The notes beneath the pieces were generated by a model. That model was given only the letters and a program-made list of their open reading frames with translations. It had not been told where the DNA came from and searched no databases. A program made the translations under genes and the position numbers. A DNA stretch of 59,808 nucleotides, the filler included. It is 7 parts of 7 records of this genome, joined end to end, with 100 filler letters (N's around TTAATTAATTAA, not from the genome) between each part and the next. Parts side by side here need not be neighbours in the genome. Positions count along the whole stretch, not along the records: positions 1 to 8,824 come from SRR31147125_15962; positions 8,925 to 16,302 come from SRR31147125_15994; 5 more parts are not named here. One strand, written 5' to 3'. Shown here in pieces: positions 1 to 9,378 of this stretch (position 1 is the stretch's first letter; each line of letters begins with the position of its first letter).

Positions 1-397
1 TTTTTTTCAGATTCCGACAAGACGAGGATTTGTTAATATAACGCAGGATCTTGAAGCTTGCCTTGAGGCCAGTGGTATTCGTGAGGGCCTGCTTCTCTGC
101 AATGCCATGCATATTACGGCATCTGTGTTTATCAATGATGATGAATCTGGACTGCACCATGATTTTGAGCGTTGGTTGGAAGGCCTTGCGCCACACGAGC
201 CGTTGCACCAGTATCGTCATAATAATACTGGTGAGGATAACGGTGATGCACACCTTAAAAGAACGGTGATGGGTCGAGAAGTCGTCGTTGCGATTACAGA
301 AGGGCGGCTGGATTTCGGTCCCTGGGAACAAGTATTTTATGGTGAGTTCGATGGCCGTCGCAGGAAGCGTGTTTTGGTAAAAATTATCGGTGAGTGA
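1..397 (+). CDS. yjbQ: YjbQ/UPF0047 family protein (secondary thiamine-phosphate synthase-like), 5'-truncated
   Basis: Frame is open from position 2 ([46 protein letters not shown]); contains NGDAHLK and [16 protein letters not shown] family motifs. Confidence 0.9.
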   Translation, partial: FFQIPTRRGFVNITQDLEACLEASGIREGLLLCNAMHITASVFINDDESGLHHDFERWLEGLAPHEPLHQYRHNNTGEDNGDAHLKRTVMGREVVVAITEGRLDFGPWEQVFYGEFDGRRRKRVLVKIIGE

Positions 398-451
398 CTT
401 AAATATAACCTTTGTGATATATATTTATATACAACATGAATTAGAGGATGA

Positions 452-619
452 ATGGTGGAGACAGTTAAGACGGCAAGTTTTGAGTATCTGATCAGTCTGG
501 CTGAAGAGAATCCGGACGGAGGTTACACCTTTGTGCTGGATGGTTCGAGTTATCAGATTCAGGATGTTCTTGAAATATCAAGAATTGCAGATAAGCATGG
601 ATATATCGTCATATATTAA
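452..619 (+). CDS. Small hypothetical protein, 55 aa (MVETVKTASFEYLISLAEENPDGGYTFVLDGSSYQIQDVLEISRIADKHGYIVIY)
   Basis: Translated by hand (below the ORF-track length cutoff); AGAGGA SD at 443-448; fills the gap between yjbQ and the ferritin-like gene. Confidence 0.7.
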   Translation: MVETVKTASFEYLISLAEENPDGGYTFVLDGSSYQIQDVLEISRIADKHGYIVIY

Positions 620-642
620 CGTTGAATGAAGAGGAGTGGAAC

Positions 643-1134
643 ATGGCACAAGTAGATCCGGAAGTCAGAAAAGATGTTTGTTATACCTTTGAAGTTGCGT
701 TGGAAAAAGCGATCATAATGGAAGAACGTGGATTCCGTAATTATCTCCATGCCATTTCTGTTGTTGAAGATCGTCAGGCAAAAGCGATTCTGAGAGATGC
801 CGCCAGGGAAGAGCTTGAGCACAAACAGCGCATTGAGCTGGCCCTGCTTGAAGGTCACGATAAAAATGTTTCTGAGCTTAAAAAAGAGCTGCCGACATTG
901 AATCTCAATTATGTTTACGAACAGAAAGAAATCAGTGCGGATGCCGATGCGAGAACCTCTCTCGCTTATGCGATTCACTTAGAGAAGTGCGCTGTCGACT
1001 TCTACCGCGCTTTGATCCACGGATGTGAAGGTGCACCAATGGCAGACCTGTTCAAAGGCCTCTTGGCTGACGAAACACGTCACCTGAAAAATTTAGAGGA
1101 TTTCTATGAGCGCTATTTCCTCACGGAAAATTAA
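643..1134 (+). CDS. Ferritin/rubrerythrin-like di-iron four-helix protein
   Basis: Paired ExxH motifs (EELEHK, DETRH), MEERG..Y and LEKCAVDFY repeats; GAGGAG SD before ATG 643. Confidence 0.85.
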   Translation: MAQVDPEVRKDVCYTFEVALEKAIIMEERGFRNYLHAISVVEDRQAKAILRDAAREELEHKQRIELALLEGHDKNVSELKKELPTLNLNYVYEQKEISADADARTSLAYAIHLEKCAVDFYRALIHGCEGAPMADLFKGLLADETRHLKNLEDFYERYFLTEN

Positions 1135-1165
1135 ACATTAGTAGATCACTGTTTTATTGAAACTT

Positions 1166-1196
1166 AAAAGAGCACTTTCAAAAGTGCTCTTTTTTT
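1166..1196 (+). terminator. Rho-independent terminator
   Basis: AAAAGAGCACTTT/AAAGTGCTCTTTT inverted repeat followed by a T-run. Confidence 0.8.
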
Positions 1197-1278
1197 AACT
1201 TCCTATTTATCTGTGTAAATCCTCTTGAATATAAAATAGAACATTGTTATTCTAAGCGTGAATTCAATGGAGGGCAAC

Positions 1279-1500
1279 ATGACCCCTGATCTTGCTAAAG
1301 CGTGGTTTGCGTTCTATATCGTTGGCGTCTCTCTCATTCGCCTGTTGGATGACAATGAGCATTTCCGGTTGACGGCGATGAAGAAAATCTGGGGGCGCAG
1401 CCGGGGTCTGTTACTTCATTTCCTAACCAATGTTGTTGCTCCGATTCTCTTTGCTCTGATTTACTTCTGTCGAGGTATTTTGACTTTCTCCGCAATTTAA
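1279..1500 (+). CDS. Small two-TM hypothetical membrane protein
   Basis: GGAGG SD before ATG 1279; two hydrophobic segments; followed by a terminator. Confidence 0.65.
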   Translation: MTPDLAKAWFAFYIVGVSLIRLLDDNEHFRLTAMKKIWGRSRGLLLHFLTNVVAPILFALIYFCRGILTFSAI

Positions 1501-1524
1501 GGTTCTCATTTCCCTTCTTGTTAT

Positions 1525-1556
1525 GACCATCTGACGTGGCAGATGGTCTTTTTTTT
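1525..1556 (+). terminator. Rho-independent terminator
   Basis: GACCATCTG-loop-CAGATGGTC followed by T8. Confidence 0.85.
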
Positions 1557-1577
1557 ATCTAAAGTAGACAACCAGCC

Positions 1578-1606
1578 TTGACAAAACGCGTTCACATTTC
1601 TATCTT
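1578..1606 (+). promoter_or_regulatory. Putative sigma70-type promoter of htpG
   Basis: TTGACA-N17-TATCTT. Confidence 0.5.
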
Positions 1607-1648
1607 TTTTCGTTCGTTAATTATCACTATGAAAGAAGGAGTTAGACA

Positions 1649-3493
1649 ATGACTGAAAAGATGAATCGGGAAGAAGGAAGTATTTCTATCCACACGGAAA
1701 ATATCTTTCCAATCATCAAGAAATGGTTGTACAGCGACAAAGATATCTTCCTGCGTGAACTGGTCTCAAATGCCGTTGATGCGATTCACAAGCTGCAGAA
1801 TGTGAATCTGATGGAGGGTCTGCAGATCTCTGATGACTATCAGGTCGATATCCAGATTGATAAAGAAGCTGGCACGATCAGCGTCAGTGATAACGGTATC
1901 GGCATGACCGCTGATGAGGTGCGTAAGTATATTAATCAGGTTGCTTTTTCATCGGCTGAAGATTTTATCGAAAAGTTCAAAGATCTTGAGGATAAGAACC
2001 AGATTATTGGTCACTTTGGTCTTGGCTTTTATTCAAGTTTCATGGTGGCTGCTAGCGTCGAGATTAATACTCTGTCTTATCAGAAGGATGCGGACGCTGT
2101 TCACTGGCAGTGTGAAGGCACGACCAGTTATTCTCTGGAGTCGTCAGAGAAAGAAGGGCGCGGCACTCAGGTTGTTCTTCATTTGAACGATGAGGAAAAG
2201 GAGTTCCTTGAGGTCGATCAGGTCCGTGAGGTGATCAAGAAATTCTGTAACTTCCTTCCCGTATCGATCACGTTAGAAGGTGAGGAAGTAAACGATAAGA
2301 ATCCTCTCTGGACCAAAAGTGCCAGTGAGATTGAAGAAGAGGAGTACAAGGAATTTTATCGTAAGCTCTACCCGATGTCCGGAGATCCATTGTTCTGGAT
2401 CCATCTGAATATCGATTATCCTTTCAATCTCAAAGGGATTCTCTATTTCCCTCACCTGACCAATGAATTTGATGTCACTAAGAGTCATATCAATCTGTTC
2501 TGCAACCAGGTGTTTGTCTCTGATAACACTCCTGAGTTGATTCCTGAATTCCTGACCCCTCTTCAGGGGTGTCTGGATGCTCCTGACTTGCCACTGAACG
2601 TGTCGCGAAGTTATCTGCAGAATGAACCTCAGGTGCGCAAGATCCGTGAGGTTATCAGTGGCCGTGTCGCGTCCAAAATTGTTGATCTGGCGAAAAAGGA
2701 CCGCGATGCTTTTGAGCCGATCTGGGAAGACATCCACTCGTTTGTTAAGTACGGCATGATGCGTGAGGACAAGTTCTACGAGAAGGTCAAGGATCAGGTG
2801 ATCTACCGCACCACTGAAGAGAGCAATTACACGACCCTTCCAGAATACCTGGAGCGGCCCAAAGAAAAACACGAGAACAAAGTCTATTACGCCAATGATG
2901 AGGGCACTCAGGCGACCTATCTGAAGCTTTTTAAAGGGCAGGGGATGGAAGCGCTGATTCTCGATGCCATGATTGATAATCATTTCATTCAATTTCTTGA
3001 GTCTAAAAATACGGATATTAAATTTGAGCGGGTCGACTCAGATATTACTGAGAACCTGATTGAAAGTGATCCGTCAAAGGAAATTGTGGAAGGTGCGGAT
3101 AACAAAACCAAGGGTGAAAGGATCGAGCAAGTCTTCAAGGATGGTTTGTCCGATATTAAAGGGCTGACCATTCGGATTGAGACCCTCAAGGATGACAGCG
3201 TTCCGGGGATGATTCTTCTGAACGAGCAGTCACGTCGCTTTAAAGAAATGACCAGTATGATGGGTGGCAGTGGCGAAATGCCGGATCTGTTTGCTGACCA
3301 TACGCTGATGGTCAACACGTCAAGCGTAGCTGTCGACAAAGTCTTGAAGCTTCAGGATGACGGAGACAGTGATACCGCAGGGTTACTGATCGAGCAGATC
3401 TACGACCTGGCGATGCTTTCACACCAGGCGATCAGCAAAGATCGTATGGCAGGTTTTCTCGAGCGCAGTGGAAAACTGCTCGGAATGATTTAA
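1649..3493 (+). CDS. htpG: Molecular chaperone HtpG (Hsp90)
   Basis: LYSDKDIFLRELVSNAVDA, DNGIGM, IGHFGLGFYS, LPLNVSRSYLQ Hsp90 motifs. Confidence 0.97.
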   Translation: MTEKMNREEGSISIHTENIFPIIKKWLYSDKDIFLRELVSNAVDAIHKLQNVNLMEGLQISDDYQVDIQIDKEAGTISVSDNGIGMTADEVRKYINQVAFSSAEDFIEKFKDLEDKNQIIGHFGLGFYSSFMVAASVEINTLSYQKDADAVHWQCEGTTSYSLESSEKEGRGTQVVLHLNDEEKEFLEVDQVREVIKKFCNFLPVSITLEGEEVNDKNPLWTKSASEIEEEEYKEFYRKLYPMSGDPLFWIHLNIDYPFNLKGILYFPHLTNEFDVTKSHINLFCNQVFVSDNTPELIPEFLTPLQGCLDAPDLPLNVSRSYLQNEPQVRKIREVISGRVASKIVDLAKKDRDAFEPIWEDIHSFVKYGMMREDKFYEKVKDQVIYRTTEESNYTTLPEYLERPKEKHENKVYYANDEGTQATYLKLFKGQGMEALILDAMIDNHFIQFLESKNTDIKFERVDSDITENLIESDPSKEIVEGADNKTKGERIEQVFKDGLSDIKGLTIRIETLKDDSVPGMILLNEQSRRFKEMTSMMGGSGEMPDLFADHTLMVNTSSVAVDKVLKLQDDGDSDTAGLLIEQIYDLAMLSHQAISKDRMAGFLERSGKLLGMI

Positions 3494-3498
3494 ATGTG

Positions 3499-3541
3499 AA
3501 AAAAAAGGAGGTCGTATCGTTGTCGATGTGACCTCCTTTTT
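3499..3541. terminator. Bidirectional terminator between convergent htpG and trmL
   Basis: A-run-GGAGGTC...GACCTCC-T-run. Confidence 0.85.
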
Positions 3542-4019
3542 ATATCTCGTCCAGTTGTCCCGTTTGCCTCAGCCCCTCGTAAAGTAGAATCGCTGCAGAA
3601 TTAGCAAGATTTAGGCTGCGTACATTCTCAGAGAAAATCGGGATTCTAAGGGCCCGATCTGTGTTGTCTTCGAGAAGGTCCTCAGGCAGTCCAAGGGTTT
3701 CCTTTCCAAAAACAATAAAATCACCTTTATTGAACTCAACTGATGTGTAGGATCGCGTCGCTTTTTTAGATGTATACCAGAACCGTCCTTCCGGATGTTC
3801 TTCTTGAAGTTCTTCAAGGTTGTTCCAGCGAAACAATTTTACTGAAGGCCAATAATCAAGTCCGGCACGACGAACCTGCTTATCATCAATGGAAAATCCG
3901 AGCTTCCCGATAAGGTGCAGATGGCTTCCTGTTGCTGCGCATAGACGGCCGATGTTGCCGGTGTTTGGTGGAATTTCCGGCTCAATCAGGACAATATGAA
4001 ATGGTGGTATTGTGCTCAT
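3540..4019 (-). CDS. trmL: tRNA (cytidine(34)-2'-O)-methyltransferase TrmL (SPOUT)
   Basis: EPEIPPNTGNIGRLC, RRAGLDYW, FGKETLGLP, RSLNLANS motifs. Confidence 0.95.
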   Translation of the reverse strand: MSTIPPFHIVLIEPEIPPNTGNIGRLCAATGSHLHLIGKLGFSIDDKQVRRAGLDYWPSVKLFRWNNLEELQEEHPEGRFWYTSKKATRSYTSVEFNKGDFIVFGKETLGLPEDLLEDNTDRALRIPIFSENVRSLNLANSAAILLYEGLRQTGQLDEI

Positions 4020-4074
4020 GGCGCGAGACAATATCACAACGCTTGTTGATCAGGAAGTTTTTTGATCCTTTGGA

Positions 4075-4299
4075 TCAGAAGATTTCAGACATTTCCGTAG
4101 GCTTTGCTTTTTCAATCTCGCGTCGTTCGGAACCGGAATAAGTCTGGCTTCCGGAACGGCGAACTTTGTCGGTTGTAACATTCACCCAACCATCTTTTCT
4201 TTTGAATTGTGAAATTTCTTGTGTGTCGATCATACGACTGAGCATGAAGTCTTTCACCATGTCATGTCTGCCATTCGGGTAGATCACAGGAATCAGCAT
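4075..4299 (-). CDS. Small Geobacter-type protein (GSU3473-like family)
   Basis: MLIPVIYPNG..DMV....L..MI....I..FKR.DGWV...D..R...Y.G.ERR pattern; GGAGG SD upstream of ATG 4299. Confidence 0.75.
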   Translation of the reverse strand: MLIPVIYPNGRHDMVKDFMLSRMIDTQEISQFKRKDGWVNVTTDKVRRSGSQTYSGSERREIEKAKPTEMSEIF

Positions 4300-4439
4300 C
4301 GTTGCCAGCCTCCAGTCGTGGGTGTCGGAAATGTGACCTGTCAATTTCTTAGCAATTGTTCATGCAAAAAACCGGCCTAATTCTAACGTATCGATCTTTC
4401 AGTTGTTTTTATTGAAGGTGACGGATGTGTCGAAAGAAT

Positions 4440-5891
4440 TTACAGATTTTTTGTGGTTATTGAATAGTTGTCAGATGAATGCTGAAAGAACTCAAGGTGA
4501 TGGGTCATGCAGGGTATCGTGTCTTCTGGATGATGGGTGACGTATAAAATGTGCGTCTGTCCTGTTAGGCCAATTTTGTCAGCAACTTCCAGGACAAGTT
4601 GCCGGCTGTTTTCATCCAGCCCCTGACAGGGCTCATCCAGAATAAGCAGATCGGGTTGTTTGATCATAGCTCGAGCGATCAGAACGAGTCGTTGCTGACC
4701 AAAAGACAGTTGTCTGAAAGAACTTGTTTTTTTGCCTGCAAGCCCGATCAACTTCAGCCATGACAGGGCATCGTCTTTTTGCTGTTGTGAATATCTGTTG
4801 TAGACACCGATGGAGTCGAACAGACCAGACAGAACAACACTTAAGACAGTTCCTCCGACACGGTATTCACGGTGCAGTGACGTTGAGATGTATCCGATCC
4901 GTTTTTTGATGTCCCACAGGCTTTCACCTGTTCCTTTTTTCTGGCCAAAGAGGGAGATATCATTAGCGTAGCCTTGTGGGTTATCTCCTGTGATGAGGTG
5001 TAAGAGGGTTGTTTTGCCGCAACCATTCGGTCCGGTAATCATCCAATGCTCGTTTTTAGAAACAGTCCAGTTGATTCTATCCAGGATGGTTTTTCCTTGG
5101 TAGCTGACAGAAACGTTTTTCATCGCAATGAGCGTGTTGTGCAAATCAGGCGCGCGCTCTTCTTTTTGTTGCACCATGAGGTCGGAAAGATTGCCCTTGG
5201 TATCAATCTGAGGATGTTGCTGTATTTGAGGCAGAATCTTGTTTTTATCTCCTTGTAAGAGGAGGTTTCCGGCATTCATGAAGGCGAGATGGCTTGTTTC
5301 CTTGGGCACTTCATCGAAACGATTCAGAAATATCAAGACCGTGATGCCCTGATCCGCAAGGTTCTTAATCAATGATTCAAGAGAAAGGCATGAGTCTCTG
5401 TCAAGTCCATCAAAGGGCTCGTCGAGGATGAGAAGGGTAGGATTGTCGAGTAGGGCTTTACCGATGACGACTTTGCGCATTTCCCCTGTCGAAAGAAACT
5501 TAACCCCCCGGTCCATCAGCTTGCAAAGCTCGAATGCGTCGAGACTTCTATCCTCTTTTAAGTTGTTTTCTTTTGTACCGAACAAATACTGCTGAACGGT
5601 TATCCCTTGATCGTAGCCACCCGATGAGTTCGAGCTGTCGTGGTAGCGGATCTGGTCCATGATTTCGGTGACTTTTTCAAATGAGACGAGCCGTACGGTC
5701 CCCGTAACTGAAATAAATCCTGATGTTGGTTTGACCTGTTGGCTGAAGATCTGGGCCAGTAAGGTTTTTCCGCACCCGTTAGGACCAAGGATGACCCACC
5801 TCTGCTCCGGGCTAATTGTCAGGTTGATTGTGTCGAGTAGGGGCTTGCGATCGACAACATAGGATATGTTTTGCAGGGTGTATAGGGGCAC
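4440..5891 (-). CDS. modF: Dual-domain ABC ATPase, ModF-like
   Basis: Two Walker A motifs (GPNGCGKT), LSTGE and LSFGQQR signatures, ILDEPFDGLD / ILDEPCQGLD; start GTG 5891 inferred. Confidence 0.85.
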   Translation of the reverse strand: MPLYTLQNISYVVDRKPLLDTINLTISPEQRWVILGPNGCGKTLLAQIFSQQVKPTSGFISVTGTVRLVSFEKVTEIMDQIRYHDSSNSSGGYDQGITVQQYLFGTKENNLKEDRSLDAFELCKLMDRGVKFLSTGEMRKVVIGKALLDNPTLLILDEPFDGLDRDSCLSLESLIKNLADQGITVLIFLNRFDEVPKETSHLAFMNAGNLLLQGDKNKILPQIQQHPQIDTKGNLSDLMVQQKEERAPDLHNTLIAMKNVSVSYQGKTILDRINWTVSKNEHWMITGPNGCGKTTLLHLITGDNPQGYANDISLFGQKKGTGESLWDIKKRIGYISTSLHREYRVGGTVLSVVLSGLFDSIGVYNRYSQQQKDDALSWLKLIGLAGKKTSSFRQLSFGQQRLVLIARAMIKQPDLLILDEPCQGLDENSRQLVLEVADKIGLTGQTHILYVTHHPEDTIPCMTHHLEFFQHSSDNYSITTKNL

Positions 5892-5897
5892 AGTATA

Positions 5898-5933
5898 AAT
5901 AAAATAAAGGCGGGCCGCTAGCCGACCCGCCTT
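5898..5933 (-). terminator. Terminator downstream of metY
   Basis: AAGGCGGG...CCCGCCTT stem followed by a T-rich tail on the minus strand. Confidence 0.7.
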
Positions 5934-5940
5934 GAAATTT

Positions 5941-7227
5941 CTAGAGGGTTTGGCTGGCGGCAAGAGCTTGATCAACGTCCTGAATCAGGTCGTCAATGTT
6001 CTCAATGCCGACCGAAAGGCGGATCAGGTCTGGGGTGACGCCTGAGTTCTTTTGTTCTTCATCGGAAAGCTGCCTGTGCGTGGTGCTAGCCGGGTGAAGG
6101 ACGCAGGAGCGGCGATCGCCAACGTGGACCACCATGGCGATCAGATCGCAGGCTTCCATAAACGCCATCCCCGCTGCGCGGCCTCCTTTGATGCCGAAGG
6201 TCAAGACACCGCTGGCGCCGTAGTCAAGGTGCTTTTGCGTGAGTTCATAGCTTGGATGACTTTCAAGCCCCGGATAGTTGACCCAGGACACAGATGGGTG
6301 CTGTTCGAGGTGATTCGCAAGAGCCAATGCATTATCGCTGTGGCGCTCCATTCGTAAATGGAGGGTTGTCAGGCCGTGATTAAACAAGAAAGAGTTTTGC
6401 GGCGCAGGCGTTGTTCCGAGATCGCGCATGAACTGGGCGCGTGCTTTAATGATGTAGGCCTGTTCCCCAAACTTTTCAGTGTAGATCAGACCGTGGTAAG
6501 AAGAATCGGGAGAACAGAGTTCCGGATACTTCTCTTTAGTCCAGTTGAACTTGCCACTGTCAACGATGACACCGCCAACACTGGTTCCGTGCCCGTCAAT
6601 ATATTTGGTTGCTGAGTGGACAACGATATCAGCACCGTGCTCAATCGGGCGACACAGATAGGGTGACGCTAGGGTGTTGTCGATAATCAGTGGAACGTTC
6701 ATCTCTTGACTGATAGCGCTGAACTTTTCAAAATCGAGAATGTTCAGTCCCGGATTGCCGATCGTCTCTCCGAACAGGCAACGGGTGCTGTCACGAAACG
6801 CCTTTTTGATCTCTTCCGCTGGCGCATCCGGGTCAACGAAGGTGACCTCGATCCCCAGTTTCGGAAAGGTATTTGAGAACAGCGAAAAGGTGCCACCGTA
6901 AAGGGTGCTGGCGGTAACGATATGCTGACCGGAACGGCAGATGTTCAGAATCGACAGGGTCGATGCCGCTTGGCCGGATGAGGTCGCCAGAGCTGCAACA
7001 CCACCTTCCATCAGCGCTATTTTCTCTTCAAAAACGCTTGTTGTTGGGTTGCCGAGGCGGGTATACATAGGATCAGCACAATCCAGATCAAACAGCTGGG
7101 CCATATGCTCGGCACTGTCGTATTTAAATGTTGTGCTTTGATGAATCGGAGCAGTGCGTGGTTCAGCTGCTTTCGGTCGATAGTTTCCTTGGACAGCCTG
7201 GGTTTCAATATGTCGTTTTTCGGACAT
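5941..7227 (-). CDS. metY: O-acetylhomoserine aminocarboxypropyltransferase / cysteine synthase family PLP enzyme
   Basis: YTRLGNPT, HSATKYIDGHG (PLP lysine), HPASTTHRQL, IRLSVGIE; GAGGAG SD before ATG 7227. Confidence 0.93.
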   Translation of the reverse strand: MSEKRHIETQAVQGNYRPKAAEPRTAPIHQSTTFKYDSAEHMAQLFDLDCADPMYTRLGNPTTSVFEEKIALMEGGVAALATSSGQAASTLSILNICRSGQHIVTASTLYGGTFSLFSNTFPKLGIEVTFVDPDAPAEEIKKAFRDSTRCLFGETIGNPGLNILDFEKFSAISQEMNVPLIIDNTLASPYLCRPIEHGADIVVHSATKYIDGHGTSVGGVIVDSGKFNWTKEKYPELCSPDSSYHGLIYTEKFGEQAYIIKARAQFMRDLGTTPAPQNSFLFNHGLTTLHLRMERHSDNALALANHLEQHPSVSWVNYPGLESHPSYELTQKHLDYGASGVLTFGIKGGRAAGMAFMEACDLIAMVVHVGDRRSCVLHPASTTHRQLSDEEQKNSGVTPDLIRLSVGIENIDDLIQDVDQALAASQTL

Positions 7228-7303
7228 CGGATTCTCCTCGTGAATGAAAATTGAATTCTGGATTCTAACAGATTCAATTTTACAGCGATAGAAAAAGGTC
7301 AAA

Positions 7304-8731
7304 ATGCACTACGAACTGCTCGAAAGAGTGATGGACGAACTGATCCCGATCTTGAACGGCGCGAAGGTTAATAAAATTTACCAACCTTCTCCTGATCAAA
7401 TTATTTTCAAGTTCTGGAGTCAGCACGTGACAAGGCGCCTGTTGATCAGTGTTGGCGCAAAGAATTCGCATATTCATCTGACCGATCAGGAATTTCTGAA
7501 CCCTGCCAGGCCACCACGTTTTTGCCAGCTCCTGCGCTCACGCATCTCGCGTATCGATTGTATTGAAATTGTTAATTCTGATCGGCTCGTTCGCCTCACT
7601 TGCTCAGGTTCTAAGGGGGCTTGTGCTCTTTTTGTGGAGCTTTTCGGAACACGCGGCAACATGATCCTGGTTGACCAGAATCTCGCCATTATTGATTGCC
7701 TGAAACGGGTCGAAGGCGAGGATGGGAAACGTGCGTGTCATTCCGGTGTTGACTATCAATTCCCGGGAAAGCACAAGCTGCCTGAAATGAAGGCTTTTGT
7801 CTTGCCTGAATTGGAAGACAATCAAACCTGGAGTGCTCTTGTCGAAAAAGTTAACACAGAGAGAGGTCGTGCAGGGCACAAGTTGGAGCTGAAGGAGCAA
7901 CTTTCAGGAGTTGTTGCAAGGCAACTTAAGAAATGCGCGAAGCGTCTGGGTATGATACAGAGCGAAATGGAGACTCAGAAGCGTTTCGAGTCTTTTAAGC
8001 AGGCAGGAGAGATGATCCTCTCCAACCTTCATTTGATTAAACGTGGCATGAACGCAGTTGAGCTGATGAATTACAACGTAGATCCGCCTGCGGCTGAGAT
8101 GGTCGCTCTGGATACGGTTAAAACCCCTCAAGAGAATGCCGAAGCCTATTTTAAAAAGTATCGTAAGGGTAAGCGAGGAATCGATCATTGTCTGCGGCGC
8201 TTAAGCGAAACAGAAGAAGAGATCGCGTGGTTGGAAGAACTCCAATTTCAATTGGACGATGGTGTAAAGAAAATCGACATTGAGGATATTGCAGAGGAAT
8301 TAAGGCAGGCAGGCCTGCTTAAAGATCAAAATCAGCTTTACCAGAGAAGAACGCAAAAGCCATCACAACCTTATGAAACTGTAAGTCCAAACGGCTTTAA
8401 GGTTATGTGGGGCCGTAACAATAAGCAGAATGATTTTGTTTCTCTCAAAATCTTGAAAAAGGGCGATTTATGGTTTCATGCGCACCAATGTCCCGGGTCT
8501 CATGTGGTTTTGAAGACGGGTGATTTAGGGAATAACACTTTCTCTGAAAAAGATGTTCTCTTCGCCGCCTCAATTGCAGCTGGTTATTCGAAAAAGAGTA
8601 CAGATACGAAAGTAGAGATCGTTCAAGCTGAGTATGGTTCTGTTAAAAAGCCGAAAGGAGCAAAGCCGGGGCTGGTGGCCGTAGAGCGCTACACAACCCT
8701 GATGGTAGCGCCATTCAGGATGCAGGAATAA
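7304..8731 (+). CDS. rqcH: NFACT family ribosome quality control protein RqcH (FbpA-like)
   Basis: N-terminal KIYQP / FCQLLRSRI, ENAEAYFKKYRKGKRG coiled region, GRNNKQND and WFHAHQCPGSHVVL NFACT-R motifs. Confidence 0.9.
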   Translation: MHYELLERVMDELIPILNGAKVNKIYQPSPDQIIFKFWSQHVTRRLLISVGAKNSHIHLTDQEFLNPARPPRFCQLLRSRISRIDCIEIVNSDRLVRLTCSGSKGACALFVELFGTRGNMILVDQNLAIIDCLKRVEGEDGKRACHSGVDYQFPGKHKLPEMKAFVLPELEDNQTWSALVEKVNTERGRAGHKLELKEQLSGVVARQLKKCAKRLGMIQSEMETQKRFESFKQAGEMILSNLHLIKRGMNAVELMNYNVDPPAAEMVALDTVKTPQENAEAYFKKYRKGKRGIDHCLRRLSETEEEIAWLEELQFQLDDGVKKIDIEDIAEELRQAGLLKDQNQLYQRRTQKPSQPYETVSPNGFKVMWGRNNKQNDFVSLKILKKGDLWFHAHQCPGSHVVLKTGDLGNNTFSEKDVLFAASIAAGYSKKSTDTKVEIVQAEYGSVKKPKGAKPGLVAVERYTTLMVAPFRMQE

Positions 8732-8755
8732 ATAGCCGTAGCCCTATCATTTTTG

Positions 8756-8784
8756 TTGCATTGGGAAAATCCATTTGCTATAAA
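8756..8784 (+). promoter_or_regulatory. Sigma70 promoter for the tRNA gene
   Basis: TTGCAT-N17-TATAAA with an extended -10 TG. Confidence 0.6.
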
Positions 8785-8798
8785 TGCGTTCGCTTCAT

Positions 8799-8824
8799 GC
8801 CGAAGTGGTGGAATTGGTAGACAC
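8799..8824 (+). tRNA. 5' end of a tRNA-Leu, truncated by the contig end
   Basis: GCCGAAGTGGTGGAATTGGTAGACAC is the typical acceptor/D-arm start of bacterial tRNA-Leu; anticodon not visible. Confidence 0.8.
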
Positions 8825-8924
8825 NNNNNNNNNNNNNNNNNNNNNNNNNNNNNNNNNNNNNNNNNNNNTTAATTAATTAANNNNNNNNNNNNNNNNNNNN
8901 NNNNNNNNNNNNNNNNNNNNNNNN
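8825..8924. other. Artificial contig linker
   Basis: N44-TTAATTAATTAA-N44 (stops in all six frames). Confidence 0.99.
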
Positions 8925-9378
8925 TGTCCAGCTGACCGATTTTTCCGTGTTCTATTCGCAGGATTCTGAGGGCGCTGACGAAAGCCTGAAGAAAGGCAAA
9001 AGCAAGGTCATCGTTGACAAGGGTCAGGTTGTAAAGATCAATAAGGATAAGAGCGGTATCGTGAAACGCGAAGTCCTGACAAAGAAATGGACTGACTGGA
9101 TAGATTACTGGGCGGTCGATTTCGATTTTGAAAGCAAGCGTGAGATCGTCGAAGTCAAGAACCCGGATACCGGTGAGATGGAATCGGTATGGACCGGCGA
9201 CTATGTATTCGAAAATGAATGGCAATCGTTCAGGACGAAAAAAGACAGGAAACTTGATATGAAGACTGTCTTCAGAGAGTGTCTCCCCGGCAGGCGAAAA
9301 ATTGCAGTGAAGGTCGTTGACATATTCGGAAATGATACGATGAAAACTGTTGAAGTGACGATAGGAGGACGCAAGTAA
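8925..9378 (+). CDS. mod: C-terminal part of type III R-M methyltransferase (Mod), 5'-truncated
   Basis: WTDWIDYWAVDFDF, FENEWQSFR, KIAVKVVDIFGNDT C-terminal motifs; TAATG overlap with res. Confidence 0.85.

Noticed and set aside
4363-4378. Sigma54 promoter (minus strand AGGCCGGTTTTTTGCA) upstream of the GSU3473-like gene
   Set aside because: GG-N10-GC spacing fits but the -24 element deviates from TGGCAC; too weak to call
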